Of a DNA stretch of 64,000 nt, positions 13,001 to 27,410 are shown piece after piece. The position numbers were made by a program, and so were the translations under genes. The notes beneath the pieces were generated by a model. That model worked only from the letters and a program-made list of their open reading frames with translations, did not search any database and had not been told where the DNA came from. This stretch comes from Glaucostegus cemiculus (Eukaryota), in contig CDPCPM010000060.1 of assembly GCA_976551045.1 (NCBI GenBank), positions 3,348,001 through 3,412,000 of the forward strand. Reading direction: 5' to 3'. Each line of letters starts with the position of its first letter. The first letter of the stretch is position 1.

Positions 13001-13949
13001 CATCTTGAGAAATGAAGCAATGGGAATAAAAAAAAACATCAGGTGACTCAAAGGGAAGCAAAGTGTTCATCTCCAGCTTGACATTCCCCCACCCACACAT
13101 ACCTGCAACGCTAACTTCCTAGTGTCTGGACAGGAAGGGTTGAAAATGCCACTGCCACAGCTGCTGGTGCAGAATCTGCACTTGTGTCAGCAATCAGGTC
13201 AAACTGCGTTGGCGCAAACAGTATTAGCATTGTTGTGCCAAGCCAAATATTTTGCCCACTGGGTCTACAAGTGAAATGAAAAGTTTTAATCAAAAATATA
13301 AAAATTCTGTTTTCCAGCCAAATTTTGACTGCTGGTTTATGACTAGCAGATAATTAAGAGTGCATATTCTTAGTTAACTCCTCCAAGACTAGTGCAGCTG
13401 ATTTCCCAGAGAACCTAAAAAAAATCAAAGGCATTACATTTACAGCAAATGAATGGAAATCAACTTCCATCCTTTTTTACCATTTCCTCCCTTTTTTGTG
13501 GATGGCAGTAATTCACATTTGGATACATGCTCAAGCACAAGCAGACTTCTAGTTACTTCTCATATTTGATATATAATTCCATACAGTGGACTCTATTTCA
13601 ACATTTAGTGGGCGTGGACAGCTGATACTTGTTGATCAATCCTTTGTTATACATCCTACATGGTTTCACTTTCAATGGAAAACAAAACTGTGAAAAATTT
13701 ATTCAAGGTAGGCAATCCACAACTGTCCATTTCCTCTCCTAACCTGCTTCCCTTGTCAACCCCAACCAAGTTAAAATGATCCCCAGGTTATTTAACAATT
13801 TACATTTTTAGTACTGATCTGAATACTAATATAACCTGAAATCTCTTAAATTCCAACAGGAGTCATAGATGCATATCAAGGTGGGAATCCTTGCAGATTT
13901 TTCTTTAATCTGGACCTACATGATAGCTATTGAACTATCAATCAAGACG

Positions 13950-14360
13950 TTACTCGTTCTAAAGAAAGGTTATTGAACTGAAATGTTCACTCTGTTACCT
14001 TCCCCCAGATGCTGCCAGACCTGCTATGCATTTTCTGCTTTTTTTCATATTTCTAGCATTTAGAACATTTGCTTATGTTTAGTCATATTCTACCCTGACA
14101 ATTTTGGATAATTATTTTGTTTTGTTACTTTGCACTATGACTGTTTTATCACTTAATCTCTTCTGCCTTCCACTGGCTGAAAGATTTTCCTGTGTTCCCT
14201 TTCCCTCCCCAAATTCTCTGAATCTTAAAATTCACTTATCTCTCACTATCCCCAGTTCACACAAAAGTTCACTGACCTGAAAAATTACCTCTGTTTCTCT
14301 TGCCACAGAAGCTGTCTGATCTGCTGTGTTTTTCCAAGTAATTCTTGCATTTTCTATTTT
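13950..14360 (+). mobile_element. Two tandem Penelope-like terminal-repeat (pLTR) relics
   Basis: Two copies of the motif ..CTGAAA..TT..CTCTGTT...CAGA(T/A)GCTG...CTGCT at ~13975-14070 and ~14270-14360. The same motif recurs several times in the window. Confidence 0.6.
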
Positions 14361-15588
14361 GTTATGACAATGTATGAAACAGATTTTGCTCAATCTGGTA
14401 ATTGGTGACAGAGCAAAGGAATAAATGCCTCAAAAGTTACTGGCAAACACCATCATGACTCCAGCAAAGTCTTAAATGATGTAGCTAATTTTTAATCCCC
14501 TCAGCACAATCTGAGGGGTTGCAGTTAATGTTGCCCACATCCAGAGAACTTATTGAAAACGGATTCATAAGGAAGAAGAATGAAGACAAGTGATCTTTCT
14601 CTTCACCAAAGTGCACTAATCTACTGAATCCTCTGTTCTATCTCAGTCCAAAATGTCAACATTTATACCTTCCCTCTCTTTCTATGTTAACTTATAGAAC
14701 ACAATCTCTTCAAGTGGCCTTGCTCAAGATTGTGGTATTTTTAAAGTTGGTTCTGATGAGTTGATTGGCAATGTAGTGAGATCATTGCCTTGAAACTTCT
14801 ATCTGTTGAAAACTGGGTGTTTTTTTATTTGTTTTAGTTTGTATATATTACTCAGTAGGAGAAATTCCCTCTGTCTTTGCCTTACAGCAGATCTAGGACC
14901 ATTTGATGCTGTCATTGGTGCCTGAAACATCTAGAGTGCAAATTTTTCCATTCTCCAGCATTGACATAATGTGACAGAGGCATTATAAATGTTTCTGCTG
15001 TGGTTGATATAATGTCTGCTGCAGCTCAGATTTTCCCTGCTGTCTAAGATGGCAATAGGTGTTTCAGACCTGACTCCACTTCTAAATCTTTTAAGAGTAG
15101 AGCTTTCTTGAGTCCATATGTCAACAAGGTAGTTCCTTCACTCTCAAAGGTGTTAAGGCTGATGTGCATTTGTGAGGCGGATCACAACCTGACTGTTGGT
15201 TGCTGAATTAGCCTCTTTTGACTTCAAGGTAGATTTGGTAGCACTAGAAACCTGTGCCTGTGAGGAATTCGCAAGTTCCTAATTGGTGCAAAAATGTATT
15301 TGTACCTTTGACTCTTCAGCAGTTATTTTGCTTGATGGTGGCAAGGATGGGCCAGTAATTGGTGCTCTGTACTTATTGCTGCTTGTCAACCAGGCTGTCA
15401 TATGATATATCCACTGCCAATATCCAGCCATTGGACAAGATCATTCTTCTGAACTGCATGTGATGATACTTAGGGGTCCTTTATTTCCTTTTATTTGTAG
15501 TAGTAAACATATTGCCAGTCTATGAATACATGGGTCCCAAAATCACCTAAAACTAATTTCGGTCTCTTGTTTGGTCTCTAGCACTAGT

Positions 15589-15608
15589 TGCGCGTGCGCG
15601 CGCACGCT

Positions 15609-15667
<59 letters not shown>
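15589..15667. repeat. (CA)28 microsatellite preceded by a GC-alternating palindrome
   Basis: CA repeat at 15611-15666. GCGTGCGCGCGCACGC at 15592-15607 is self-complementary. Confidence 0.97.
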
Positions 15668-15669
<2 letters not shown>

Positions 15670-16801
15670 CTAAGCTAACAGAAAAAAAACTGAACAAAGA
15701 GATTTAATTCATTGGAAGAACATACAAAATAAGAAAAAAAATCTGTTGAAGATCACTAAAGCAAATGTTATCGTCAGGGAAAGAGATGTACATATGTAAT
15801 TCTTGCTCAGGTCATGGACATCAGCACCATGTGTGTCCAATGGTTGACAAACTTAATGAGCAAGGACAGTTCCTGCACATCAGTCGACTCCCAAGCTTGG
15901 TGACCAGGCATTGATTCGCAATTCTGGTCTCAATTTTAAGAAGTTGATAAGGATTGCCATACTTAAAGTTGTGGGAGGATACTGTTCGGGATGGAAAGCA
16001 TTTCCATATCAAAGGGCTGCATGTGCACGGCAGTACAGTAATTAAAATGCAGTGGTTTGGGCTCTCTGTACTGGCATTGAGGCAGAGTGTTGTTGAAAGT
16101 GAGTGCAGTATGCAGGCGGTTTCTTTGCCGCATTTTTCTCCAAATACACTTATAATTTTCTACAAACATTAATCCCAGTCCACACTCTTCTGTGGCTGGC
16201 TTGCTTACAATCCAAAACCATTCAGAGTTGAAAGTATTTTTCCCTATCAACCCTCTCATTGTGGGTTTGTGCATGACTATTTTTATTCTGCTTGTTTGTA
16301 TTTCCTTCAGCTAAATTGAAAATGAGAACATTTTCTGTTTGTATTGAAAGGGTTGTTTCTTTTCACTTGATTTATTCCCCTCTAATTCCCCTTCCCCATT
16401 TAGAAAGTACCCGGGTGTTATCCAATTACTGCTACTGGTGAATGGTCTGATATCATTGCTATTATAAACAGTCTATGTCAGGCTCACTGGATGAAGGAAA
16501 TCAGTTCTTCGTTACTTTTTAAAGAGAGGATCTAAATGTTGTGTTTAGTGGCATAAAGTAGATTGGTTGAAGGGCACTGACTGTGCTGAGGTTTCAAAAT
16601 AAATAAATAAGACTGACTATATACATATTAGTATAGAAATAATTTCCTGCATTCATCCTGCATTTATTTTTCATTAAGTTTGGAAACCATTTAAGGCAAT
16701 TAATGCTTCTTAAGACCAAAAATATTCACTCTGATCAACTCATCAAGTTGCATTTAAAATCTACAAAACAAATGTTTTCTAAGTGCTTAAGAAACTTTAT
16801 G

Positions 16802-17038
16802 TATACAGCACAGTAACAGGCCCTTCCGGCCCAATAAGCCCGCGTTGCCCAATGACACCCTTGTTAACCTACTAACCCGTATGCCTTTGGAATGTGGGAG
16901 GCAACTGGAGCACCCGGAGGAAACCCACGCACTCACGGGGAGAACGTACAAGCTCCTTACAGACAGCGGCCGGGAATTGAACCCCGATCACAGGCAATGT
17001 AATAGAGTTCCACTAACTGCTATGCTACTGTGCTGTCC
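16802..17038 (-). mobile_element. V-SINE (HE1-like), near full length, with CR1-type tail
   Basis: Minus strand: tRNA-like head with B box GGTTCAATTCC, V-domain GTTCTCCCCGTGAGTGCGTGGGTTTCCTCCGGGTGCTCCAGTTGCCTCCCACA, tail GGGCCGGAAGGGCCTGTTACTGTGCTGTA. Confidence 0.9.
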
Positions 17039-18474
17039 TTTGATGCTACTGAACCACCCTTTTATAAACTTTAATAAACTTTTATTTTATGTCTCTTATT
17101 ATGACGTGTTCTCATCTGATTTCATGTTATAATCAGCAGAGGAATTTAATTCATGTCAAGAACTACTGCACCTAGTTCTCTTAGTTAATGACCATGAGGC
17201 AGCTGCAATCTTTATGCTCCAGCATATTATTAGCAAATTATTTTCAAGAACCTCGTCTTAATATTCAAACACTTCCACAGACTTGTTTCACTTTACCATC
17301 ATGTTTTCACCAACCATAGGTTGAGCTTCTTTCTCATTCCCATTCCTCCATCATGGTTGACCGTCTTTTAGCCACTGTTGGGTGGGTCCTCCTTTAATCC
17401 TTGCTACTTATCTCCTTGTTTAAAAACTTATCTGAACCTTTTACTTTGGCTTGCATCGTCAGGTTTCTGGTGCAGTTTTATTTCTTTATTTCTGCATGCT
17501 TCAGCGTCCATCATTTTTTCTTTGCCTTGTGAAGCTCTCTGTAATGTTTTAACATGTGATGTGCTTAAAAATGTAACCAGTTGTTCTTGCAATTATGTAA
17601 AATTGTACATAAATAATAAATACCTTTAATGAACCAAAATTATTTCTTAATTAAATACAAATAAGTAGAAATGCACATAAGTTGTACTTGTGTTAAATCT
17701 ACTCAAGTGTTTGCCTTTAGAGTGAGTAATATGGAAAAACTAAAGAAGAGGCTTGACATTAATTGGAGGACAAATATAGGTCACTTAATCTAGAAATGAA
17801 ATGCTTATGCAGTGTGTATAAACATAGTGAAATGGTTTAGTCTTCATCTGTGGCTATACTAGGGGTTCTTGAAGCTGACAGCAGTGTCTGAATTGGAAGA
17901 AAGTTCACTTCCCAGGATTAACATTCATCAGGGTGAAAAGCAGAGGGAGAAAAGTCCAATTAACAATCCACTCACTAGAAGTGGAAACATTTTGACTCTA
18001 TCCATGGTTGGAATGTGTGTGATAATTGTAACAAAATGCCCCTTCCAAGAGATAGCAACGTTTCCATGTGTCTTATGAATGTTATTTCTTGAACTAATTC
18101 CAATTCTCTGACATGGAAAGATTCAATTAAAAAAACACTATTATGTCACTGTAGCGTATAATGGTAAATACTTCAGATCCTCAGTATTATTATGCGTCTC
18201 CCGTTGATGTGCTTCCTGGCTTGACTTAAGTGGCCTATTGTGAGAGGCATGTGATGTTTCCTTACTTGGGTATATTGAGCTTAATGATGCTGTTTAGGGA
18301 CATTTGTAAACCTGTCTGTATTATCTGTGTGTTACAAGTTTATTTAAGTAGTAGAGTATACCAAGGATTGGGGACAGAAGGAGTTTGTCAACCTTAACTC
18401 ATATTTTCCCGTCTATGAAAGAGAAGTTAGATTTATTTCCTTAAGTATCATTTTTAACAAAGTAGATGCGTCCA

Positions 18475-18960
18475 CTAAGGAGATATGAATGTCAAGCGGT
18501 AAAAGGAGAGATAACTAAGAGCAAGTTTGAAGAACAAGGTTTTGGTAGTGGAAATAGTAGTGGATGAATTTTGTGGGTGCCTCCAAAGTATGGATCAAAG
18601 GTAATTGAAAGTTATTGTATTGAAGGTGGAGCAGAGGGAAGGATGGAGCCCAGGAGATTGGGATAAAAAAAAATCTCACAGAACAAACTGGCATGCAGAT
18701 ACATAGAAAGCTCCAAGGTAGAGTATGCTCGGACTCAGAAACATCTAAATGTCTGAGGTTTGGAATCCCATGTCTTGGTAGATATGAGCTGTTAGTGAAG
18801 GCAGATGAGGCTGTGGGGATGAAGCAGTTTTAACATAGGTTTTAGAGTTCTTGATGAGTTGGAATTCATGTACCATGGAACTTTGGAGGCCTGTGGGGAG
18901 AACGTGAAGATAGTGAAAGTGTGAATAAGGATTAGAGTAGGAGTTGTAAACTCTTCATGA
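18475..18960 (-). mobile_element. Degenerate L2-like LINE fragment
   Basis: Purine-rich plus strand resembling the reverse complement of the L2 3' relics at 9130-9860 and 52830-53350. Confidence 0.4.
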
Positions 18961-21900
18961 CTTAGCCTCTTATTACTGATTAAACGCACACATTACTGCT
19001 TGATAAAACTGAGACAATATGCTGTTCCTCTATTGCCTCACGCTAACTACTCTACATACACCAACCTATACACTGTCCTCTTAAGGGTTCTTAAAGTGGA
19101 TAAAATAACATAATATAACATAACATAACAACGCAACAGGATAAGGTAATGGCAGGAGGAATTAATTTGTGGAGGTGAAAGTAAATGGCTTTGGTCGTAT
19201 GGAATTTGAAACTCAGAACAGGAGTGCACATTGTGATTTTGAATCTTTGGGATCAACCTGAACCTGAGTAAATATTGATGTGGAGGAAGGCTTGGTTACA
19301 AGGTTACAAAAGTTTTGGAAGGAAACAATCAGAATGGCTCTGGATTTGCCTTTGTGGATTTGAAAGGGGGAGTAAAGGTTTGAACCCAAGCAGTATTTGT
19401 AAGCTGGTTGTTTGGGAGGAGGAAGGTCCATTGCTAGGCAAAATACGAATGAACCAAAAAATGGATTGATGCCTGTGGAGATCAAGGCAAAGCAGTCTAT
19501 ATTGAAACTCATAAACATTTTCTGTATTTTGCAGTGAATGATTGCTCTGGGGGTGTTAATATTGTGATAAAGTTAATAGTTAGGAGTTAATATTAAATGT
19601 AAGTCTCCCTGTTCCATGCATCAGTAGTCCAATTGCTAAGTACCAATGCACACAAAATTAATGCAAACAGGCCAGCAAGAAGCTACATTCAATTCTCTTT
19701 GTGAAATTGTGCCCAGCATAAGCAAGAGCATTCAAGAGAAGAAGTAAGAAAACTGACAGAACCAAAAGTGGCCTGGGGATCTCACCCAAACCAACACTTG
19801 AAAAGGCTGAATGTTGAAAGAAACTTATCACCATCCGTTTTGGTGAAGAATAGCAGCTCTTTGCCAAAACACTAAATTCATTTACAGACCAAAGCAGGTA
19901 TTTGAGCTCGTAAAGTGGTATTTAATTCCAGCCCTTTGACTTTCCATTGAACTCCAGCTATAAGTATTAGTTTAAATAACTTTGCAATTATTAATATATC
20001 TTGCAATGATAGGAAGATGGGAGAGGCATTATGAGTATCTCTAAATGGGAAAGTTTGCAGAAACTGGGTTGAGAGGCAGAATTGCTGAAGCTTAACAGTA
20101 TTGTACTTACATTATGTGGCATTATCCTTCCCACAAATATCCATACTCTGAGGGGCCATTTAGCAGTTAATGTGCAGCTGTTATACAACGTTTTAATTAA
20201 CTCATGCCCCTTTCCCATATTATTGCGCCTGAAATGATCTACATGTTACTTATTGCATTCACATCTGAATGACGTTGAGCTGCCTTCACCATCAGCCTTG
20301 CAAATACATGGGGGAAACGTTATTAATGGCACACTCTATAACAGGAGTAATAATAATAATAATAAAGAATAATTTAAACACGTGTGTTCCTACCTTCTGA
20401 GAGTGTTTAATATAATTAGCTTTTTCCTCTCTCTTAAGTAAGGAGTATATTTCTGTTAGCATATAGCCAGCTGCACCAACTTCTTCATGGAGATGCGATA
20501 GCACACTTATCATATTTGTTGTCACAGGTTGTCTTGTTTGGGTATGGAGTTAGAATTAGACATTTACAGGGGTTGCAATTCATAGCTCTTGTAGCCATTG
20601 AAAATTGTGGCCTTAAGAACTGGATTACAGATAGGTCAAATGACTACTTAATTTTTATACAAACACTTTGAACAACAATCTCACTGTGCAAATTCTCCTA
20701 TATATAAAAAAGAACATCAGACTTGCATTGATATTGCCCTGACAAATTTCTGAAATGGCTGGAAATTATTGTAATCTCTTTTCACCCTGGAGGCATGATC
20801 TTCAGATCCATAGTGCTGGAAAAACATTGCCATGCGACTGAATTCTGAGGCCATTGTTTTTTTACTTTTCTTGTCCAGGCAAACGTCAGCAGGCCCAGTG
20901 AGGATATGTGCTGGACCACTTTAAATAAGCACCACCCTCTATTTAGTCACATAGATTAAACCGTGTTCTTTTAGTGCATTTGACTGGAATCTTTGTAACA
21001 CATGGAAAAAGTTTTGATAAGCAAAAAATATTGCTACTAAATTAGGATATTAAAAACAGCATGATTTATGTCCAGAATCTGCTGAAAGCCAGAATTATCC
21101 AGTGTAATACTATTGGATTTATACTGTGTGGCAGTTTTGGTAAATTTCTTTCTTTTTTGGTCTTCACATTAACTATTGCCTTATCAATTTCCATATGTCC
21201 AATGAGTAGAATCCCAGGTTGTCCCTTAATTTCTCCCACCAGTGAAAAGCAATGTTTGACAGGATATCATTGGAACAGCAGCTTGGCACTGTACAGCGAT
21301 GTGCAAAATCCTGGCCTGTTACTCATACTGGATGTACACAATGAATAGATTGCCCTGTATCTGGATATATTGCATGCTGCTGTGTGCTATCTTAATCTTC
21401 TGCTATTTGAATGTTTAAAACTATTAGCCATGAAATTATGCATGGCACACTACTGTGGAAATGATTAACTCAATCGTATGAAATTCCTTCTATGCTTCTT
21501 AACTTAGTACTAACATATTTAAAATAATTTAATTGGTGCCTCTACTAAAATGGGGAAAGGAATTTTGCACAAATGGATACTTTTGCAAAGGGAATTTCAA
21601 GGTCATGGCTGGGTTATCTGAGTTTTTAAATTTAGTTAGGAGCACTATTTTCATTGTTTTTGAAAGTTATTAGGTAAGTTTAGTTGGTGAGTTGACTTCA
21701 TATAGTTTGGAACTATTAGTGGGAAAATAGTGTCCTTTTGCTTGTGCCATATTGTGTTGATATATCTGTCAGTTTTTCCCATTCGCAGCAGCATTTTCTT
21801 TCACAATAGTCTGGAGTTCAGTCCAGTACCCACAACGACAACACACCCAAATATGTGACTGATTGGATCAATCTAAGATTAGATTGCATATCATTTAGAA

Positions 21901-23861
21901 GTGCCTAAAACTAGGCTTTGTTGCTTCTTTTGCCAAGTCAAATACTGGAGATGAAGCAGACTAAAGAAGAGAGAGTATGATTCAGGGAAAAACTTTTGTT
22001 TGTTTTACTGCTGAGAATTAATTGAAAATAAAAAATAGTCTTAATAATTTGAACCTTCAGAGCATAATACTGCGACAAAATTTGAGGTGGTGAAATGATT
22101 GGAAGGAATGATTTCAATCTTAAAATTTAGGATGTTGTATCCTGTTTTCCACTTTAGAAATTTCTGGGTATGCAATTTTGAACTGTACAGTCCAAAACAC
22201 AGATGGGAGCACATTCATCATACACAGGGGAGTGACTGCTTAGATCATTTTGTGTTGTTTGTAATTCAGTGATCTGCAGTTTATTATTCTGAAACTTTGA
22301 ATTTTCATTGATGTTTTCAATTACAGGCAGAACGGGATATATTCCAGTAATCAACAAGGCGCCACATTGTCATTGTGGTGAACAGTTACAAGTGAAAGCA
22401 ATTACATGTACAGTAGAATCCTCTTATGCGCAATAGGTCAGGATTGACAAAAGGAAAAAGTTGCATAAAACCAGACTGAAATATTATGGGTCTGCCTCGA
22501 TAAGTGCTGACTGTGTGACAAACACTGCGATTTGATACCATTTATATCAGTGAGATTAGTGTCAGATATTTCTTTTGGTTAAATCTTTGTGTGTATGTAT
22601 GTACGTGAGCCAGCTGTATATAAGTATGCATGGGTGAGTCTGTAGTTTGAAAAGCTGAATGGTAATTGGCTTGCTATGATTTCTTGGTATCAATATGTGG
22701 AAACAATATTTTGTTTCCCATGTGTGGCTTCCAGAGGATCCTAGCGGCCCCATTTTTAGAATTTTCTGCTCTTACACTTTCACTCAAAAATATTTCAAGG
22801 GCTATCTTCAGCTTGCAATATGAGAGTTTTGTATTCTTAAATATTGATCCAAATTGTAATAAGGTCTGATTAATAGTGATAGGTGTTGCATACTTTTCAA
22901 AGGTGATAGCATTTATGGCGAGATTACCTTAAAAAATGTCTATCTGCTTTTAAATAAAAAGATTAAAGCAATCCAAAACTCCTAAAAGTTGAAAATACAC
23001 TGCATTGGAATTTGCCCATCTCTAATCAACAATGAGGGGGTGTGGGAGCTTTAATTAACATTGAATCAAAATGAACAACACAGATTATATTACAACTTGG
23101 GATTTCTATCTCTGGTCATAAAATTAGCTGAAAGAACTTCAGAAATGAACAGTAAATGCTGTCATAGAAGTTAAAGATTTCTCTTATTGGGGAGACTCTT
23201 ATAAAGGACAAAAACAATGAGACTGATTCTTAAACAGACCCTGACTCAGAAAATCTATCTTTAAAAGTGACTTTAAGAGTCCCAATGTTGTAACTTCTTG
23301 TTTAAGGAGCTATGTTGCAAATCCTTCTTTAAAAGGCATGAGAAATTTGTAAACATTTTCAATTTCTTTATTTAATATATGAAATTTGAAATATGAATTC
23401 CTTAAAATGTGATATAAAGGGACATGAAGAGCTTCACAGTTTAAGTACAGCCTTGCAATCCAGATGTGCTGATGGAAACTAGTTCAATTGTTTAAATACA
23501 TGATTTATATAAAAATGACACTGACACAAAAATATAGGATGCCACATCAGAGATCAATTATACCTTTGTAAAAGTAAGAATTCTGTACAAAATGATGGCT
23601 TACATGGATTTCCCCTTAAGTATTTATATTCTTAGACATGCAACTTATTCCAATCATTGCTTTTCAGAAATAATATTAAGATAATATTCTTATTTGCCAA
23701 TAAGGTTCTCCATAAATATCCAGGCCATGAAAAAGACCTTCGACAGCTGCAAGAAGAAGCTTTGTTACCTTACGTACTCCAGTACGTTAAAAGTTGCACA
23801 GTGCACATCATTATAACAATATTTACAAAGCCAATATTCACATTTATGAGAATAAGAAATG

Positions 23862-24190
23862 TGATACACTAGTGCAGCTGGTAGAGCTGCTGCCTCACAA
23901 CTCCAGTCATGTGGGTTCAGTCCTGATCTTCAGACCTGCCTGCAAGGACTTTGCATGTGTGGGTTTTCTCTTTGTACTCCAGTTTCGTCCACACCCCAAA
24001 GGTGTGTGGGTTGGTAAGTTAATTAGCCAGTGAAAATTGCTCCTAGTGTGCAATGATAGAATCTCAGGGGTGTTGATGGGAAAGTAGGGAGCAAAGACTG
24101 CAGAGAAAAATAGTGGCAGAATGGAATTGCTCCATGAGCCAACATGGACTTGATGGGTCGAATGGCCTCTTTCCAAGGAAATATGGAAAT
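23862..24190 (+). mobile_element. V-SINE (HE1-like), older copy
   Basis: GTGCAGCTGGTAGAGCTGCTGCCTCACA head, GGGTTCAGTCCTG B-box-like motif, V-domain relic GTGGGTTTTCTC..CTCCAGTTTCGTCCAC, tail GACTTGATGGGTCGAATGGCCTC. Confidence 0.8.
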
Positions 24191-27059
24191 ACTGCATGAT
24201 GAACCTTCCATTAGACTGCAGAATATGTAACACATAAACTCAAGAACCAGGTGGCAGTTGACTAAAACAGAAATAGACTTTCAACTGATAACGCCCATTG
24301 TTGAGAATGTGGTTTGTTACTAACAAATACAAAAATCTTAAAAGGGAATTAATATAGTCCTATTTATCTCCTTGTTACTGCTGTTCTTAGATGCTGACTC
24401 ATGATAAGTTGCAAAACCTCACCATTCTTCATGAGTGCATTTCTGTTATGACTATTAGTGGGCTAGCTGGCAATGCATGGCATCAGGTTAGGACCAATCC
24501 TACCCTTTCCTGTTGTCCATATGTACACATTTCTAGTGATTTATTGGTGAACAATCTACAGCAAGGACCCTGCCTCATCTTTTCCCTTCTTAACTTTACT
24601 GTGCTGAGGCCAATAGTGGCATTCTTACTGTCATCCCAACTAATTCAGTACAGAACTGAGATCAAAGCTAGCCACTTTCTTTACAACTCAGTAATGTACA
24701 GGCCCATGCATTACCAACTGGTCTACATCGATTTTACTGAGGTTGCGTTGATTACTGGACATGGTCTGGAATTGAAATTTTGAATGTTATTTCACCACAG
24801 AGGTTGACATTTAAAAGCTTGCTGCAGAAAAATTATCTCTCTCATAGTGAAATAATCCTCCACACCCGTGGAATACATTAGAGCGACACGTGTAGAGACT
24901 GCTGTTATGAAGCCACTTTATTAGTTAAAATAAAATACAGATGGTGCAAAAGTGCTGTCTACTCACACAAGCACATGCAGCAATGTTTAAAGAAGGTTGA
25001 ATCTCAGGCTGGTTTGAACCTAATAAACAAATATCCCTTCAATTTCTTTCATAATTTGTAGTTACTCTATGCTGACAGTCTTTAGATCTGGTCATATACT
25101 GTATAAAATGAAATGTGAAAATACAATTGTCTTGAGCAAAGCTTGAATAAAGTCACTCGCACTTAACAAGAATTATTCATTTGTTTTATTCATGTGGTTT
25201 CCTAGGTACCTGGTGAGTAGATTTAGGAATACAATGACAGATCCTCCCTGTCTTGGAAGTAATACTTTTTATTGTCCATTTCGTATTGCACCTTATCACG
25301 AGTTGACCAATCAAGGGGAGCAGGGGTAAGGAGATAAATGAAGCAGTGTTAGGGTACAAGTGTCAGAGAGTACAACAGAGAGCTGCAGAGTGAGTGGCAG
25401 TGAAAATAACAAAGTAAAATATGAGCACCTGAGAACTGATTGTCAGTCTAAAACAAAGAATAAAGCATTCCCATGTTAGAATCAGCAAAAATGGTCAAGT
25501 TACAAATAACAATGGAAACATAGACAAAAAGGAATGAACTATAGAGTGAGTTATAGGTATGCACAGTAAATGACAGGATGATTAACAGATACCTGAAGTG
25601 ACTGACAGGATTGTGATTCAGTTGAGGATTCCCAATTAAATTATTGCAAAATCATTCCCTTTAACTCACCCTTAGGAAGTTTTATAGTCAGGTCTTTTTT
25701 GACATGCTTATAAGGTAGAGCAACTTAGGTGAAAAATATCAAATGTATTATGATCAAATGTAGTATCAGACCTTAATACCCTCTTGTTCATCAGTCCTTT
25801 GATTTTATCATTTATAAAACAAAACAGCATCACAACGCTGATTTTTTTTTTGTCAACCTCTTTCTACAGTGTAAAATCAAGTGGAAAAAATAAGCAAAAG
25901 TGAACTGATTTTCAATCAGTAAAAATGTTGAACTTATAGATGTATATAATGAATATCAAAGATCAGAATTATGTATCTCAGAGATTTTGAGATTCATTCA
26001 AGGGGTTCAGATAACAGGATAAACAGTGCAAGGTTCCCGATCACACTTTTGCCACCTAGCACCATGATTGTGCTGACAGCTGTGTAACACACTCCCAGCC
26101 ATCTGTTATTCTCTATGGCCTGGAAATGACACAGTGTGATATTAGCATGTGTGTTTGTATGAATTGACTTTGTCTATTTTGTTGAAGCCAATAACCTGGT
26201 TATCTTAAATTGTTTAAGATGTCTATAAATATAATGGACAGAATAATTTCATTTAAATACACTAAGCATTTGTCAGCTATTATCACTGTGTGCTAATTAA
26301 CTTATGTGCTGCACAGTGGGAAAGTGGTGTATAAGAGAACGTAATAGACGAGGGTCTGTTGATGCTTTATTTTAGTGCTGAGAGCTGGACCCTGATGTAG
26401 GCACACGAGTCAAGACTGAATACTTTCGGAACGTGTTGTTTGAAAATGATGTTGGGTAGCAGCTGGTAGGATTGAGCAATCAACACAGAAGTAATGAGAA
26501 GGGGTGTACAGGGTGCACTGACACCACATAGAGTGAGAATGTTGCAAGGTATCTGTACTAAATGGCTGAGGATCACCCACTACAAGCAATGGAAAGGTCT
26601 CTTTGGGGAAGAAGTTGCATGAAGTCTAAATTGGAATGGTAGGAGCAGCCTATGAGAAGGTCTGATTACAAGTATGATTATGGAGAGATGACCGCTCAAC
26701 CTGTTAGAGTAATGAGCACTGGAGCACAGGTTAATGGCATCTGCCCACAGTGTGATTATTAGCAAATAATATGTTGTCAAAATAATAATCAGTTTCATTC
26801 ATTTCATATTTCAGTCTGAATTTTCTGATAATATCACACTGATACTATCCAGTTTTCTGATGCTATCCAGTTAGGCTCCATCCACTGCTCTCTCCCATAG
26901 TACTACAAATGATCCTTTCCAAGGATAATGACAACACATCCTAGTGATTTGAGAAGTATAGATTTTATTTCCTTAGATGGATAATATTTGATTATGCACA
27001 TGAGAGGAGCTGACTGTCTCAGCACTGCACACGGAGTAGTGCTATCATCAGTGAGGTTA

Positions 27060-27410
27060 AAGATCTCTGCACGTTTATGACACTGATGTGGGGAAAAAAA
27101 ACGAACCATTTGCACTAATCACGGTGCTGGCTGCTGGAGTAGTGACAGCACGGCTGCCCTGCCAGCCCTTGCTCTTGTCAGCTCCAGAGAGGAGCAGAGA
27201 AGCAGTTTGTTCCTGACAGCAGACAGCCCCTCTGCTGGGCCCTGGTTTCATGTTACATTAAGTATTAGTGCTGTTCTTTCAGGAGCCATTATGCTTTGAC
27301 ATCAAAGATCGACTTGCAGGGCAGTCCTGTGTTCGTCCTGATTTCTGCTAGAAGTTATCAGGCACAGAATGAAATATACATGATTAACCGAGGGTGGGAG
27401 TGAGTCAGAG
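27060..27410. promoter_or_regulatory. Candidate developmental enhancer / conserved non-coding element
   Basis: GC-richer unique block with TGACAG (Meis/TGIF type) at 27143 and 27214, a TCF/LEF site ACATCAAAG at 27299-27307, AP-1 TGAGTCA at 27401-27407 and TTTATGAC (Hox/Cdx type) near 27074. Confidence 0.4.

Noticed and set aside
16960-17038. tRNA gene
   Set aside because: The A/B-box sequence is the head of a V-SINE and continues into the V-domain. No cloverleaf is evident. The same applies at 23862 and 63712.
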